Shown here piece after piece: positions 1 to 14,767 of a DNA stretch of 64,000 nucleotides. The DNA comes from Octopus vulgaris (lineage: Eukaryota), in the NCBI GenBank assembly GCA_951406725.2, contig OX597826.1:50654001-50718000 (forward strand), given 5' to 3'. The position numbers and the translations under genes are program-made. Every line of letters begins with the position of its first letter. Within the stretch, counting starts at the first letter, position 1. Below the pieces are notes generated by a model. It was not told where the DNA came from and ran no database searches. It saw only the letters and a list, made by a program, of their open reading frames with translations.

Positions 1-300
1 GATTTAAAGGCTTTGACTTAATTTGTCTTTGTAGTTCTATGTTCTAAAGCCAATAAAACAAATGCCAGTCAGTCATATACTGGGCTCAATTCAGTACATG
101 ACTGTAGCATTGTGTTATATTAACCTAGTCTGTGAAATTATAGTCTGATACATCAACTGATGAGAAGCAGAAATACTAACCCTCATTTGCTGTTTATTAA
201 CCTCCAAGTCAACTCTGGTCAACCAGATTCATCATCAGAAGCATTCCTATCACAACAATCTAATCTATTTTCAGTCGTTGTGTAGTTTCGATTGTATTAA

Positions 301-521
301 CCCTTTAGCATTCAAACCGACCATTTCCGGCCCAAATATTCTACTTGTTTTATGCCCAAATTGGCCAGATCCAACCTTTCATACCTATCCCACAATGTGA
401 TTCTGAAAAATAAGCAATCACATTATTGAAATCTTGAAGCTTCTAAATACTGCATGATTAATTAAAAACAATGTGAATAAATAAGCATTACATTTGACAG
501 AGTAATCTGAATGCTAAAGGG
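301..521. mobile_element. piggyBac-type non-autonomous MITE
   Basis: TIRs CCCTTTAGCATTCA...TGAATGCTAAAGGG with TTAA on both sides (297-300, 522-525); second copy at 9112-9332. Confidence 0.85.
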
Positions 522-1114
522 TTAAATGATGTATCCAGTTTTAAAATGATAGGGTCTTTGAAGGTTTGAGTTTGATGAGTGACATTGTGCTAGTCTGAGA
601 GTCAAGAGGTCCTTTTTCTAAGTGTGTGAGTGTGCATATCTGTTTGTGTAGCAGCAAACAGATATAAGCTCATGGGCTTTGAGTAGGAGTTAGTCATTGT
701 TGGGGGCTCTGAAAAGAAAATCCCCGTGTCTGTGTTGCAATGTTATATTGAAGATGTAGGGGGTAGAATGCCATGTGGTTTTTAAGAGTTCTAGTTATAA
801 GTAGTTCATGTTTAGGAAATTGAGGGAAGCAATAATATTTTCTTTGCTATATGTAGACACATATCCTTCTTGCTGTCATAGAACACAAAATTGGCAGAAC
901 CCTTTACATGGACTCAATGCAGTAAGGTGGAATTAGATGTAAGTGTGGAGATTTTTTTCTGCAAGGATACTGTTTACAAAACCATCAAAGCTGAAAAAGA
1001 GGATTCCACAAATTTGGTAAAGCTTATTTTGGCAAGGGATCAAAAAGATTGGCTACAGTTTAGGAAGTGGAAGATCTTGCAGCAGTACACAAAGGCATCT
1101 TTCACAGTTTAAAT

Positions 1115-1434
1115 CAGTGATTCTTAACCTGGGAGTCGTGATCCCTTGGAGGGGGTGTCACTTAGGATTTTTCGGGTGGGGGTCTTCATAGAGGCTTTGG
1201 GAGAAAGTAATTTATTTGATGTATTTGAGATTTGCAATTCAGTTGTATTGCTGTATTGCAGTGTTATGTATTACAGCTGCTAGTGGCATCATGACCATAT
1301 GTGCTTCACTCCAGCTCCATGACTCCCATGACACTTTGTGTTCCAAGACCATTACAAAATTCATTACAGGGGTCACAGTAATACTCTGGAGAGTCTCATG
1401 GAGTAAGATGATGAAAAAGGGTTAAGAACCTCTG
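1115..1434. mobile_element. hAT (Charlie-like) MITE
   Basis: TIRs CAGTGATTCTTAACC...GGTTAAGAACCTCTG and a perfect 8-bp TSD GTTTAAAT (1107-1114, 1435-1442). Confidence 0.85.
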
Positions 1435-2669
1435 GTTTAAATGATGGTGAAGCAGTTGTGTTGAGTAAGAGTTGTCCAGTTTGTAGGAGTGAGTGATTTG
1501 TTTTCAAATGTTCTAAAGCATGTTCACTGCCTAAACTGCTGCAGAGTGAATCATTTGGGGCTTGGAGGTGTGAGTTTTGGATGTGTATGAGATGTGGAGG
1601 TACATGCCTGGGACAGTGGTATTAGTTACCTGACTTCTTTCTGGTGGATCAGTACTTGTGCTGTTCGGGATACTTAGCATAAAACTACTGGAGTTCTGAC
1701 CTTATCAGGTCTGGGAGGTCATTGGGGGCATTGCATGGTGTGTGAACATCTGTGAGCTGTCATGATACAGAAATGGTTTGGAGGTGAGAAAGAAATGTAA
1801 AGTGTAAGTTTGGAGTGTGTCAGTTGGTCAGAGAATGTGCATTGGAGATGAATGTAGATGATGATGATGATGATGATGATGATGACAGTTGAGGGATGTA
1901 AAAGATTTGATTTTTGCATGAGAGTGGACTGGTTGTTTTATCATTTGTTAGAACAGTACATTTCATTCTGTGAAGGTACATGGCTTTGTGTTTTGAGTTA
2001 GAGGCATAATGATTAAGTCATGAGTTCAATTCTGAGACCAGGTAGTGTGTTTGTGTCCTTCATGTTGTTATAGGCCACTCAGCTAAAAACGAGTAGCAGC
2101 AATAGCTGGTAGTGGTGGTGGTGGTGGGGTTAACCCTGCACTGCTGTTCCGTATAGGTGACACCATTTTGTTCCTTGTCATTTTAAAGCCATTAAGACAA
2201 GAATAATCTTGGGCTTAATGGGAATTTGGGAGCCTGTAACTCTTCTTTTTTTTTTTTTTTGTTAACTAACACTTAAATCTCTATGATTGTTAGCCCGACG
2301 CTTTAACCGCTGAGCCATGCACCTTCACAGTGTTTCTCTTGACAACATAGATAGCTTAAAAAAACAAACAAGAAAAATAAGAACACAAAGAGTAAAGAAA
2401 CTCAATGTTCATTGGTTGTACAGCAGAACAAGGATGTGGGGGAAGGTCTTGTTGGTGTGTGAAAATATTTAAAAGTAACAAAATGAAAAAATGTTTTCTC
2501 ATGTTGGTTGAAAATTAGGAGTAGTAACAGGGGCAGTGGTGGCATAGTAATTGATTTAAACAACCACAATACATTACTGGTATTTGTTTCATTGCCCACA
2601 ACTCCCTTTTCTCTACCCAAAGAAATGATTGGTCAAGTTGACCCTGTTTCCCTTCATCATTGGAAGTGT

Positions 2670-2862
2670 GGTCTGGAGGAAGGAGCTCTTCTCATAGCCT
2701 TTTGGCCTGGAGGAAGGGACTCTGGTCATAACCTTGGCCTGAAGGAAGGGACTCTGTTTATAGCCTTGGTCTGGAGGAAGAGATTCTGTTCATAGCCTTG
2801 GTCTGAAGGAAGGGACTCTGCTCATAGCCTTGGCCTGGAAGAAGGGGCTCTGTTCATAACCT
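2670..2862. repeat. Minisatellite, ~32-bp unit, about 6 copies
   Basis: Repeats of GGAAGGGACTCTGTTCATAGCCTTGGTCTGGA-like unit. Confidence 0.75.
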
Positions 2863-3859
2863 TTTCAGGTGCTCCAAGACTTGTGGGACTGATGTCATAA
2901 ATTTTTCTCATGAACAATTACGGCAATTGCTGAATATAAGACTAATGAGATGATGGTGGTGGTGGTTCTTGTTGTTGTATGGCCTTGGCTGAACCTTAAT
3001 TGACCAGTGCTTTGTTTAAAGACATTCCAGCCATGATTATCCTGTATTATCTTTTTCTGATATAGTGAATATAAGACTACTACATTTAATGTGTCTTTTA
3101 AGTTATGATTTGAGGGATATTTGGTTGTTATTTCTAACAGGTCAAGCAAAGTGGTGAATTGGCAGAGTCAGTAAAAATTAGATAGAATATCTTGTGGCAT
3201 TTGTTCCAGCCAACTCTTGCATTCTGAATTCAAATCCTAGTGAGGCGAACATTGTCTTTCATCCTTTTGGGGATCAGTAAATAAAATATAAATTCCAGGT
3301 TAAGGGTATGACAGAAATATTGTAGAATCTGACAGGGTACCTTATTTCTCTTCCAGTTGTTTGCATTATGAGTTCAAATTCTGCCATGCCTACTTAGTCC
3401 GTAGCCCAGTTTAACACCAGAACCTGGCTCTTGGATGCCTTTAGTGAACTTTCCTCTGTTTTAGCAAGCATTCAGGTCAGGTGGTAGAAAAGGGAACCTT
3501 CAGGGTCTTAAAACAACTGGAGTTAGACAGTAATATATTGATATGAGCAACATCTTGGTCACATCAATATGTGTGAATGCAAAATAGAAACAATGCCTGC
3601 ACTGCAAATAGCTAAAACAGAAAATGGCATTTCTATCAGGTTGAGCAACTTTGGAGGATGTGAGTTTTTTTTTTATTTGTCTGGGTTGAAATAAAGGAAA
3701 ACATTATTAGAACGGAATTGATATTGCTGTTTTGAAAGGTGTTGATGTGTCTGGGGCTATTTGCATCTCGTCACCTGGTCACTTAGTATGCTAGAAGTAG
3801 CAACTATGTCTCCCTCTCTCTTCGGCTACCACCAGCAAACCATCTCAAAAACAGGAAAT

Positions 3860-4394
3860 GAAACATCAACATCATCATTATTCAATGTCTGTTTTTCCAT
3901 GCTGGCATGAGTTGGATGGTTTGACTGGAGCTGGTAAAGCTAGGAGCTACACCAGGCACCATTTTCTGTTCTGGCATGGTTTCTATAGTGGGATGCCCTT
4001 CCTAACACCAACCACTTCATAGAGTGTACTTGGTACTTTTAACATGGCACCAGCACTGTCAGGTTCACCAAGTAACTTGTAAGACGAGTAGCAATTCTGC
4101 TGTGGCGGATAGATCTTCTTGAGTACAGCAATGCACCAGGTATCACTCCTTGGTCATCATCTTCATAAGGCTCAATGTCTTGAGATTGGCTTTCAATACT
4201 TTGTCCCATGTCTACCTGGGTTTCCTTCTTCCACAAGTTCCATTTACTTTAAGTGATTGGCACTTCTGTATGCAACTGTCTTCATCCATATTTATCACAT
4301 GACCAAACCTGCATAGTCCTCTCTTTTGCACACTGCATCTAATTTCTCTTATGCCCAACTTTTCCTTCAAAACACTAGCACTTTGTCATACATG
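3860..4394 (-). mobile_element. Degenerate RTE-clade LINE 3' portion (interrupted by mariner)
   Basis: Reverse strand resembles the 3' end and 3'UTR of the LINE at 43561-45041 (GTCGRGRPRKTWDEV-like region, (GAT)n tail). Confidence 0.65.
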
Positions 4395-4396
4395 TA

Positions 4397-5259
4397 CAAG
4401 GCAGAATTTAAAGGTTCCCAGACTAGTTATGCTTTAAAAAATTAACGTATTTTCCTAAGTTTTAACATCATTTCCCTAAAAATAGTCATCTTGCACAGCA
4501 ATACACCAGTCTCAGCATTCCTACCACTTTTGGAATCCAACCTGGAAATTGCTTTCCGTAAGTCAAGGATCTTCTGCAGTTTGCTCTGGATCTCAATAAC
4601 AGTGTTAAGATGGCAACCTTTGAGTTGCATTTTCACCTTGGGGAAGAGCTGGAAATCCATAAGTGCTAAATCTGGTGAATAAGGCAGGTGCAGCAGTGAT
4701 ATCATATTGTTTTTGGTGCGGAACTCATGAGTGAGGAGAGCTCAGTGAAGAATACAATTCTTTGCACCCCACAGATCCAGTCACTTTCACTGAATGTCCT
4801 CTCAAATGCTTCAAAATGTCGCAGTAGAGCTCTTGATTGATGGTCTGGCCCTGGGGAATGAATTCTCAATGCATGATACCACATTTCTAGGGTGACTTTT
4901 GTGGCAGATCTCCCAGATCGTTCACTATCTTCCAGGGATGTTCTTCCGCTTTTGAAGTACCTGTGCCACTTGAAACATTGTGTACGATCCATTGCCTCAT
5001 CGCTGTAAGCTTGCCAAAGCATGCTCAATGTCCCTGTAGCAGACTTTCCTAAGTTTAACGTAAAATTTCACATTGGCTCTTTATTCCTGTCCATGACAAA
5101 ATTACAGACTACAGCTACATGTGATGACAAAACTACAAATTTCACAAGTTGCAAAGTAAACATAGCAATGTCACTCAGCACACTGTCTCATGAAGGTCAC
5201 TGCTAGTCCTCACTGTGCACGCAATGGTATGCTGCCAGCTGTTGGCTCACTACAGAACT
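4397..5259 (-). mobile_element. Internally deleted Tc1/mariner transposon (transposase pseudogene)
   Basis: ORF 4702-5028 encodes a mariner HTH region (QAYSDEAMDRTQCFKWHRYFKSGRTSLEDSERSGR); ORF 4442-4705 has the mariner (P)YSPDLA-xD motif; left end preceded by TA. Confidence 0.85.
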
Positions 5260-5570
5260 AGTTTCACTACCACATAGCATTGCTGATCATATACATGTAT
5301 CATACAATCTTCTTTTCTCATAGAGAGAGAGAGAACTTTGGTTGCCAACAGAGGTAAAAGTTCTCAAAATTTTCTGTATCCTATTCTTATTGTAGTGATT
5401 ACACTTTCTGTGCATCCTCCCTCACAGCTAATTAGATCCCTGAGGTAGCAAAAATTATCCACTACCTGTAAAGAGCCTTCAGGGCATTCGAAAAAATTGA
5501 TTTCCTGAGTCTCTAGTTTTTACGACTCCTGTGCATCTTCCACATGCAAATGCTACCTTCTCAGATAACC
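5260..5570 (-). mobile_element. Degenerate RTE LINE fragment, continuation of 3860-4394
   Basis: Reverse strand corresponds to the KFRELLPLL...LYDACVRTAMLHGSE region of the LINE at 43561-45041. Confidence 0.6.
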
Positions 5571-8502
5571 ATATTGAAACATATTGGAAATTTAAGTCTA
5601 GAAACATTATGCATGGAAAATTAAGACGGTTGGCCATAACTGGAATGCCAATTAACTGTAAAGCAGTGGAGAAGGAAGAAGACTAACATATAGTTTAGCA
5701 CCAAGTATGAACACCACCAAATGGAAGTGCCTCTTCACAGCTATTTCCTTGTGTATCCTAGTTTAAGAATAGATACACTACGTCCTTGTAGAGGCGACTA
5801 AAATATTTAGCTGTAGGGAGGGCATTTGGTTGTCAGACCCTACCCAAAAACCTGTCTGAAAAAGCATGGAAAACGGATGTTAAAAGAAAAAACAAAACAA
5901 TGATGACGTTATTGCTAATTTTGTTGATCTCTTTTGAACTGTCTGTGAATTGTCTGATAATGAAGTGATATGTTAAAAATAACATAAGAAAGATCGGTCA
6001 AAGTATCTGCTTGAAGATAAGTAGACAAACCACATTGTTTATTAATGACAAACAAGGGATTGTTCTTGATTAGTCACGATTGTGCTGTTTATGATGACAT
6101 TACATTCAGCACTCACTCACATAAAATAACAAAAAAAGAAGAAAAAAAAAGAAGAGAACTCAGACAAGATTCAATAATTTACACAAGCAGTTATCAACAT
6201 TTTGCACCACCTTTTAACAGAATGTCATGGTTTTCTACATAATACCGGATTATTTAAATCAAACAAGAGCTATACTCTCTTTAGATATTTGCATATTCTA
6301 GTGACCCCTATGTTAACTTTTGTATGAATTACTAAAGAAAGGGAAGATTATAATGTAATGAAATCCTATTGGGTCTTGGTGCATCGTCAGTCATGTTCTC
6401 TGCTCACTGATAACTATCTAACTCCTATGTAAGCTTGATAAAGAGTTGTTTTGAAAATATGTTTAAAATCTATGTACTGTACTTGGTTTAAATATTCTAA
6501 GAAAAATCATAATCCTTTAAACACTCATTGCCCCCACTTGTTACCTCTTTATGAGCTCACAAGGCTTTTAAGGGAGTACTTTTACCCAGATTAAGGACTC
6601 CTTAGGACCAACATCCAATCATACATATCTGTTACATATCTTTGCTTCCCTCCATTCTTTCCTCCTTATCTCTCTGTCTCTTTCACATACTTGTATGTGT
6701 ACACACACAAACACACACACACACACACGACCAACCAAAGCAATCAACACCAATCTCAAAGGGAAAAATGGCATAGATGACTTTGGCAGGATTTGAACTC
6801 AGAGCACAGAGAACTGTATGGCATTCTGATATTTTAACAATTCTGTCAATTCACTGTTTTCAGTGGAGTAAAGGATCATCCACCATCCATTCTTCTCCAG
6901 GATATTTATTATCACCTGCGGTTGTTGGGTCTGTAGAGAAAGGGGTTTGAAATGACTTTGCTGAGGACCAAACTTACAAATCTAGCATGTTACAAACCTT
7001 TTATCATTCTTGTATGTGTTTATGTTCTGAGTTCCAATTCTGCCAAGGCCAAATTTGCCTTTCATCCTTTCAGGGTTGTTAAAATAAAGTATCAGGCAAT
7101 TACTGGGATTGATGGTTTTGACTAACCCCATCCCCTCAAAACTGCTGGCCTTGTGCCAAAATTAGAAAGAATTATTATTATTATTGAAGCCCTGAACCAA
7201 CCACCACTACTACTACACACTGCTGCTGCTACTACTACTAATACTACTGTAGTGAGCTTGCAGAATCACTAATGTGCTGGACAAAATGCTTAATGGCTTT
7301 TCTTCTGGCTTTGCTTTCTGAGTTCAAATCCTGTCCACATCGACTTTACCTTTCATCCTTTCAGGGGTGGTTAAATAAGTAAGTATCAGTCGAGTACTGG
7401 GGTCAATGAAATTGTCTAGTCCCCTTCCCCCAAAATTTCACTACAAGAGGAGTGGATTTCAAGCAAAAGTCAAGTTACCATACAGTGGCCTTGCATGGCT
7501 GAATGGTTAAGATGCTTGCTTCCCAACCACTTGGTTTCAGAGTGCTTTGGGCAATTGTCTTCTCTTATAGCTCCAGGCTAATCAAGGCCTTGTGATTGGA
7601 TTTGATTGACTGAATGTGAAATAAGCTTGTTTTGTGAGTATGCCTGTGTCTGTTTAAATTTTCACTTCTCTGAAAATCACAAGCTACAAGTGGTGGTGGT
7701 GGTGTTGTCATTTCTCCTGTCAACCAACCATCTGCTGGCTTTTGACCTTCAATGACATATGAAATAAGAAAACCCTTACTTGAAAAAAAAAGGTAAGAGT
7801 TAGTGATAGGAAGGGTATCCAACCATAAAAACGATGCCTACATAATATTTTTTTCTCCATAATGTATATGAAGAAACAAATATGAACAAAAATATTTGGA
7901 AAATATTTTGACTGGGAAATTAGTGTCGGTAGAACTGTGAATGGCAGAACATTCTAAAATTCAAATCCTGATGATGGAGCAAGTTTGATTTTTATTCAGC
8001 TAGGATTCTATAAAATTATCAGTGACACTATACTAGGACATCATCGTTCCACAAAAATTACAGCCTGTACCAAATAGATGAAACTCATTTTTCTGACATA
8101 GACCAGGTATGGCAAAGTTCAGTGGTCATGACCTGAGCATGTGGTGAAATATTTTGAAGGAATAAATTAGTGAATATTAAGCAACACACACATGCGCACA
8201 CACACACACACACACGCACACACACACACATGCACACACACACACAGAGGCTCATATGCATGCACATACACAGGCACACCAGACACAGTAAACTAGACAT
8301 ATACACATTAAATTTGATACCGCATAAGCGTATTTGTTTTAGCTATAAAATATTAGTCACAAGAATAAACCAAACCACTAGCTTGGGAAAATTTGGTGAA
8401 AAGCAACCCCTGAAAATAATATGCGTACACTTACACTTATAGCAGCTTGTATACACACATAAATACTCACTCACACGCACATATCTACACACAAGTGTGT
8501 GA

Positions 8503-8550
<48 letters not shown>

Positions 8551-9111
8551 ACACACACACACACAGAATCACCAGCTTGAGTCATACATTATTATTTGTC
8601 ACGGCATTACACCTTTTTGTGAGAGATTTTTACTCACACACACACAAGACATCCATAATACTCTATTGACTTCAGATAAACAGGGAGTTACCCAAAAGGC
8701 ACTAAAAACTGCTAGGTACCACTTTTTACTGTTGTTGGATATAAGTCAAGGTTAAAGAAACTTTTCATAATTCATAAAAACCAGTAAGGCCAGTTTATAG
8801 TGACAATAAACAGTTCTTCCTCCTGTTTTATGGCATTCTCCTTTTTCCATGCTAGCATTGGTTCGCCAAATATATTATTGGGGCATTATTTTACAACCAG
8901 ATGCCCCTTTTGTTGTTATCCATTATCTGTTTTTGAAGTAAGAGATTTCTTATTTCATATGTCTTTGAAAGAATGAAGCAAGCAGACAGCTTTTTTGACA
9001 GGAGTGACAACACTGCTTGCTGTTGGTGACTTTCACAAAGCACATGTTTTTTTAAAATATTTTATCTGTTTCAGTCTTTGAACTGTGGCCATGTTAGGGC
9101 ACTGCCTTTAA

Positions 9112-9332
9112 CCCTTTAGTATTTAAACCGGCCATATCCGGCCCAAATATTCTACTTGTTCTATTTTCAAACCGGCAGGATCTGGCTTTGCACACTTGTC
9201 CTACAATGTCATTCTAAGAATAAGCAATCACATCCTCAAAATTTCTATACTACGATGTCTTTGCATGATTAATTCAAAACAATATGCATTAATAAGCTTT
9301 ACATTTGACAGAATAATCTGAATACTAAAGGG
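9112..9332. mobile_element. piggyBac-type MITE nested in a SINE
   Basis: CCCTTTAGTATT...AATACTAAAGGG with TTAA duplication; SINE sequence resumes on both sides. Confidence 0.85.
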
Positions 9333-9871
9333 TTAAAGGGTTTAGTTAAACAAATCACTCACAATACTTAAGCCTGATATTTATTTTATGAATCTCTTTT
9401 GCCAAACCACTAAGTAATGGGGATATAAACAAAGCAACATTGGTTATCAAGTGGCAGGGGCAAACACACACACATGCACTCATGCAATATGCTTCTTTCA
9501 GTTTCTGTCCATCAAATCCACTTGCAAGGCTTTGGTCAGCTCAATGCTATAGTATCAGACACTTTGCCTACTGTGCTGCACAGAAGGATTGAACCCAAGA
9601 CCTCATAGTTGGGAAACAAGCTTCTCGACTACACAACCATGCCTGCCTCTTCATGGTGAAGCTATAGGATGTTATTCAGGCACTCAACTGTGAGTCCACT
9701 TGCATCTTATGTGGAAACAGCTGTAAGCTAGTGAAGTTCATAACATAATATCATTTTTCCTGTGCCATCTCTTTTTCTTCTTATTACTGCTCTATACTCT
9801 TCTAACACTTTGTTCTGAAACATATGCATGTTGAATTCTGCAACAGGTTATTTGTTTCACAATTCCTAAAC

Positions 9872-9904
<33 letters not shown>

Positions 9905-10301
9905 CACCACTTTTCTATGCTTGCATGGGTCAGATGGAGTTTATTGAAGCAGACTTTCTACAGCCAGGTGCTCCTTCTGTCATTAGCTCTCACCTGTTTC
10001 CATGCAATGTAATATATTTCCCAATGGCCAGACATGTTCTTGCAGAAGATCGGAACTGAATGATCAAGCTTGTATGAAAATGACACTCACCTATATTTAT
10101 CATGTGATATCAAGACAAGGGGGGACACACACACACACCTTTGATGGGCTTACTCTTGTTTCCATCTAACACATCCACTCACAAGGTATTCATCAGCTTG
10201 AGACTATTGTAGAAGACTCTTGCCTAAGGTTCCATGCAGTGGGACTGAAGAGGGAAAACTCTTTGCCCTTGAGTCACCTTTGTAACTTTCTATTAATCAT
10301 A

Positions 10302-10330
<29 letters not shown>

Positions 10331-10332
<2 letters not shown>

Positions 10333-10671
10333 ATGGAAATTGTAGCTGTGATACCAGTGCCAGTGGCACATAAGAGAACCATCCGAACGTGGCCGTTGCC
10401 AGCACTGCCCCAACTGGCTTCCATGCTGGTGGCACGTAAAAAGCACCATCCGATCATGGCCGTTGCCAGCCTCGCCTAGCACCTGTGCTGGTGGCACGTA
10501 AAAAGCACCCACTACACTCACGGAGTGGTTGGCGTTAGGAAGGGCATCCAGCCGTAGAAACATTGCCAGATCAGACTGGGCCTGGTGCAGCCTTCTGGCT
10601 TCCCAGACCCCGGTTGAACCGTACAACCCATGCCAGCATGGAAAGCGGACGCTAAACGATGATGATGATGA

Positions 10672-10675
<4 letters not shown>
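10331..10675 (+). mobile_element. RTE LINE 3'UTR-only copy
   Basis: Closely matches 44636-45041, including GGTGGCACGTAAAAAGCACC subrepeats and the (GAT)n tail. Confidence 0.8.
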
Positions 10676-10712
<37 letters not shown>

Positions 10713-11141
10713 ATTAGCACATAGGGTCTTGTCCCAATGTATTTTGAGAACATCTTTAATTGAAGCAAATAGCTTCTACACTATTACATTGTGAGATTCT
10801 GATGCTCATGTCTTCGCATATATTTTCTATTCATCCCAGGTAGATGTACTCCTTCACCTCCTCAAGTTCATTACTTCTCACCACTATTATTCTTATGCTT
10901 TATTTTCAGACCTCATGTATTTTGTTTCCCTTAAGGTCTGCTGCTGAACTCTGGGTATCCGACTCTATCTGTATGGTCTGCAGCAAATTTGCAGGAGTCT
11001 AGAAGTTTGATTTGTTACTTAGACAAATGTTCTTCATAAAATTCTTGTTGCTTTCTTTGTATCTTTTTTTTTACACCGATTTTTTTTTTCTTTTTATTAT
11101 TTGTTTTTTAATAATTTATTTTCTTTCTTTATCTATTCTAG

Positions 11142-11229
11142 AGTCACTCAGCCGAAATTACCTCGAAAAAAGCAAGCCTCCATTGCAGATGGCTCTTCAT
11201 CCTCTGATGAAGATGGTGATATAGCAATG
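11142..11229 (+). CDS. Penultimate coding exon of GAB/DOS-family adaptor (VTQPKLPRKKQASIADGSSSSDEDGDIAM)
   Basis: Long pyrimidine tract then TAG acceptor; GTGAGT donor; phase-0 end splices in frame onto 15063; non-repetitive sequence. Confidence 0.7.
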
Positions 11230-11355
11230 GTGAGTATCACACACACACACACACACACACACATGCATATTTTACTATTATTTTCATGTTATATAAACAC
11301 ACACATGTAACTACTATTCTTATATCATATAAATATACTTGCATATGAGTGTATG

Positions 11356-11412
<57 letters not shown>

Positions 11413-12130
11413 GTATGATAATATAAATAATATATAGATATATGCATATATACATACATTTATGTACTTTTTGTCTGCCAAATTCACGAGGTAATTGATT
11501 TGTTTGGGGCTGAACCCACTACCATGTGGTTGCAAAGCAAGCTTCTTAACTTGGCAAGGGGTCTGACCTATGCAAAGATAGAAAAGTGGACATCAACATG
11601 ATGATAATAATTCAGTGAGACATATTTCCTTTGTTTGGAGTCTTGAGCTCAAATTTCTCCACTGACCAATAGAAACTGTCCTATATAATAAACAGAGTGC
11701 TCACACACTTTGTCTGGTGAGCGCAATAACTTTAATTACTCTAGGCTATAAATCTTTATCAAAGTGAAGTACACATTTATTGAACGATACTTAAAGCAAC
11801 CAAACATGAGGAAGGGAAACAACTCTCTAGAGTTCCAATTTAATTAATACTGAAATTGGCAACGTGGTGAGAAGAGGGTTAACTTTCCTTTCTTGAATTT
11901 CCTCATTGGCAGTGAAATACATCTTGTAATTTTTATGCATACTTATTTCTGCTGTTGTATTTATGACTTGTAATTTACTAAGGTACTACTGTTACTTACT
12001 CTCTTTTATTTAATATGATGGTCTGAAAAGGGTGCTCTGTTCCCCTTATCACCAGTTGTGATGGAGTGACAAATTCAGATACACACATCTGTGTATGTCT
12101 GTATTTGTCAGACACATATATATACATATA

Positions 12131-12326
12131 TACTCTTTACTCTTTTACTCTTTTCAGTCATTTGACTGCGGCCATGCTGGAGCACCGCCTTTAGTCGAGC
12201 AAATCGACCCCGGGACTTATTCTTTGTAAGCCCAGTACTTATTCTATCGGTCTCTTTTGCCGAACCGCTAAGTGACGGGGACATAAACACACCAGCATCG
12301 GTTGTCAAGCAATGCTAGGGGCACAA

Positions 12327-12359
<33 letters not shown>

Positions 12360-12511
12360 CGACAGGCTTCTTTCAGTTTCCGTCTACCAAGTCCACTCAC
12401 AAGGCATTGGTCGGCCCGGGGCTATAGCAGAAGACACTTGCCCAAGATGCCATGCAGTGAGACTGAACCCAGAACCATATGGTTGGTTAGCAAGCTACTT
12501 ACCACACAGCC
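12131..12511 (-). mobile_element. tRNA-derived SINE with internal (CA)n; octopus-type family
   Basis: tRNA-like head on - strand, (AGAGTAA)-type tail; related copies at ~24665-24962, ~47835-48122, ~49650-50040 and many degenerate ones. Confidence 0.75.
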
Positions 12512-12512
12512 A

Positions 12513-12554
<42 letters not shown>

Positions 12555-13066
12555 CGGACTTCTTCCAGTTGCCATTTACCAGATCCACTCATGTGGCTTT
12601 GGTCAGCCTGAGACCATAGTAGAAAATACTTGCCCAAGGTGCCACACAGTGGAACTGAACCTGGAACCATGTGGCTGGGAAGTAAGCTTCTTACCACACA
12701 TCCATGAATATATATAAATAAAATCATCATTTAACACCAACTTTTCCATGGTTGTATGAGTTTGATGGTATTTGTTGAGGCAGATATTTCTACCTCTGGA
12801 TGCCTTTCCTGTGATCGACCTTCACCTCACCTGTTTCTGAGCAAGGCAATATTTCTTTATGGTCACACATAAGACAGGGTACATGCAAATACACACACAC
12901 ACATATCTATTCAATGGGCTCCTTTCAGTTTCCATTCACCAAATCCACTCACAAAGCTTTGGTTGGCCCTAGGGCTACAGTAGAATGTAATTCCCAAAGA
13001 TGTCATGCAGTAGGACTGACCCCCATACCTGGCAAGCAAACTTCTTACCCACACAGCCATGCCTGC

Positions 13067-13179
<113 letters not shown>

Positions 13180-14767
13180 GTGTGTATATTCCACACAATT
13201 AGATATTGATATTGTCTCCTATAATAAGGATTTCTTAATCTCATTTACAGAGCACTACATAAATTTATGAGAGAGAAATAATTTGTTGTAAAGTGCCAAT
13301 TCAGCACTGATTAAGCAAACTAATGATCAAGCTCAGGAGAAGCTCTGTCAGTTGGGGTTCGTCATGCATTTGTACATGTATGTGCAGGCCTGAGCTGAGG
13401 TATATTTTTGAGAAAGACTAGCAGTTGCTCATATATGCAAGTCTCCCATCTGTCTCCATGCCATCAGTGTTCACTTCAAGGAAAGGCTGCTGACTTGGGC
13501 TGATACATATTAGCACCAATGTCATTACAGGTACTACTGTAAGAACATAGAGCTGGGATAGATATATCTATCCTTTTTACCATGGTACACTCATTTCATC
13601 ATCATCATCATTTAATTTCTGTTTTCCCTGCTGGCATGGGTTGGAAGGTTTGACAGAAGCTGACCATCTGAAAGGCTGTTCGGGCTCCTTGTCTGTCTTG
13701 ACATGGTTTCTATGGCTGGATGCTCCTCCTAATGCCAACCACTTTACAGAATGTACTGGGTGCTTTTATGCAGCGCCAGTACAGGTGCTTTATATGTGGC
13801 TCCAGCATTTACAAGCCCACAAGATGCTCAATTGGAAAGGGTTGCAAGGAATGGTGTTTCTATGCAAGGGCAACCATGCTTTTACTTAGCTTGGCATATC
13901 TTTTCAAGCACAGCAAACTGCCAGAAGTTTCGGTCTTCTGTCATCCCCTCTGTGAGTCCCAACGTTTGTAGATCCTTTCTCACAAACATTGGGACATACT
14001 ACGCTTATCAGGAATTGATCTGTGATAACACAGATCAGCAGTCAGTTAAGGATTCTGCTTGGATTACAAAAGTGCATCCCAATAACCACCCACAATGCTC
14101 TGCTACCCAGAATGTATTGATTATTGTGTGTTTACATCTCTGTGCTGTGAAGGTGTTATTTGGATAAGTTAGGATGGCAACTTGGTCTCGCAACCAAACC
14201 CTTTGTTTCTCCCTATATGCTATTCTTCATTTATTGCTGTCCCTTTTGACATGGTGTTTTATTTTTGTTTATCTATTTTTTTACGAATGAGATACTCATG
14301 TTAGACAAGGATATATGTACAACAAAAAATCTCACACAACTCTCAGACAACTCTGCTAGTCCGCTGCTTTGGCTTGATACTTTTTGACTGGTGACAAAAG
14401 GTAAAGTTGACCTTGCAGGATATGAACTCAGATAATAGTATCAGAACAAATACCAGATACCATTCTTTCTGTCAAGTAGCTGTCTTTGAGGCTATGTAAC
14501 ATAAGTGTACCTAATGGTCAAAAACATGAGAGAGATGTCCTCTTGTTAGATTGCAGTTAGTTGAAGCCCAATTGTGATTGAATAGAGATACCACCATCTG
14601 CCTCCTGAGCACATAATTTTCCATTGAAATAGATGCTCTATGTCCTCCTTTGACCATACTAACACATCCCAATTTGATGAGAAATAAAGTGTTTTTAAAG
14701 TTTTCCTCTTTTGTATGCATTCAGTTGCATAACTTGTTACACAAGTATTCAATATCAAGGCAATATT

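Noticed and set aside
157-180. CTGATGA..GAAA hammerhead core (also at 36121 and its duplicate)
   Set aside because: No convincing helix II, III or I pairing.
891-1112. Upstream GAB exon candidate
   Set aside because: No recognisable GAB motifs or strong donor; interrupted at its end by a hAT MITE and probably old repeat sequence.
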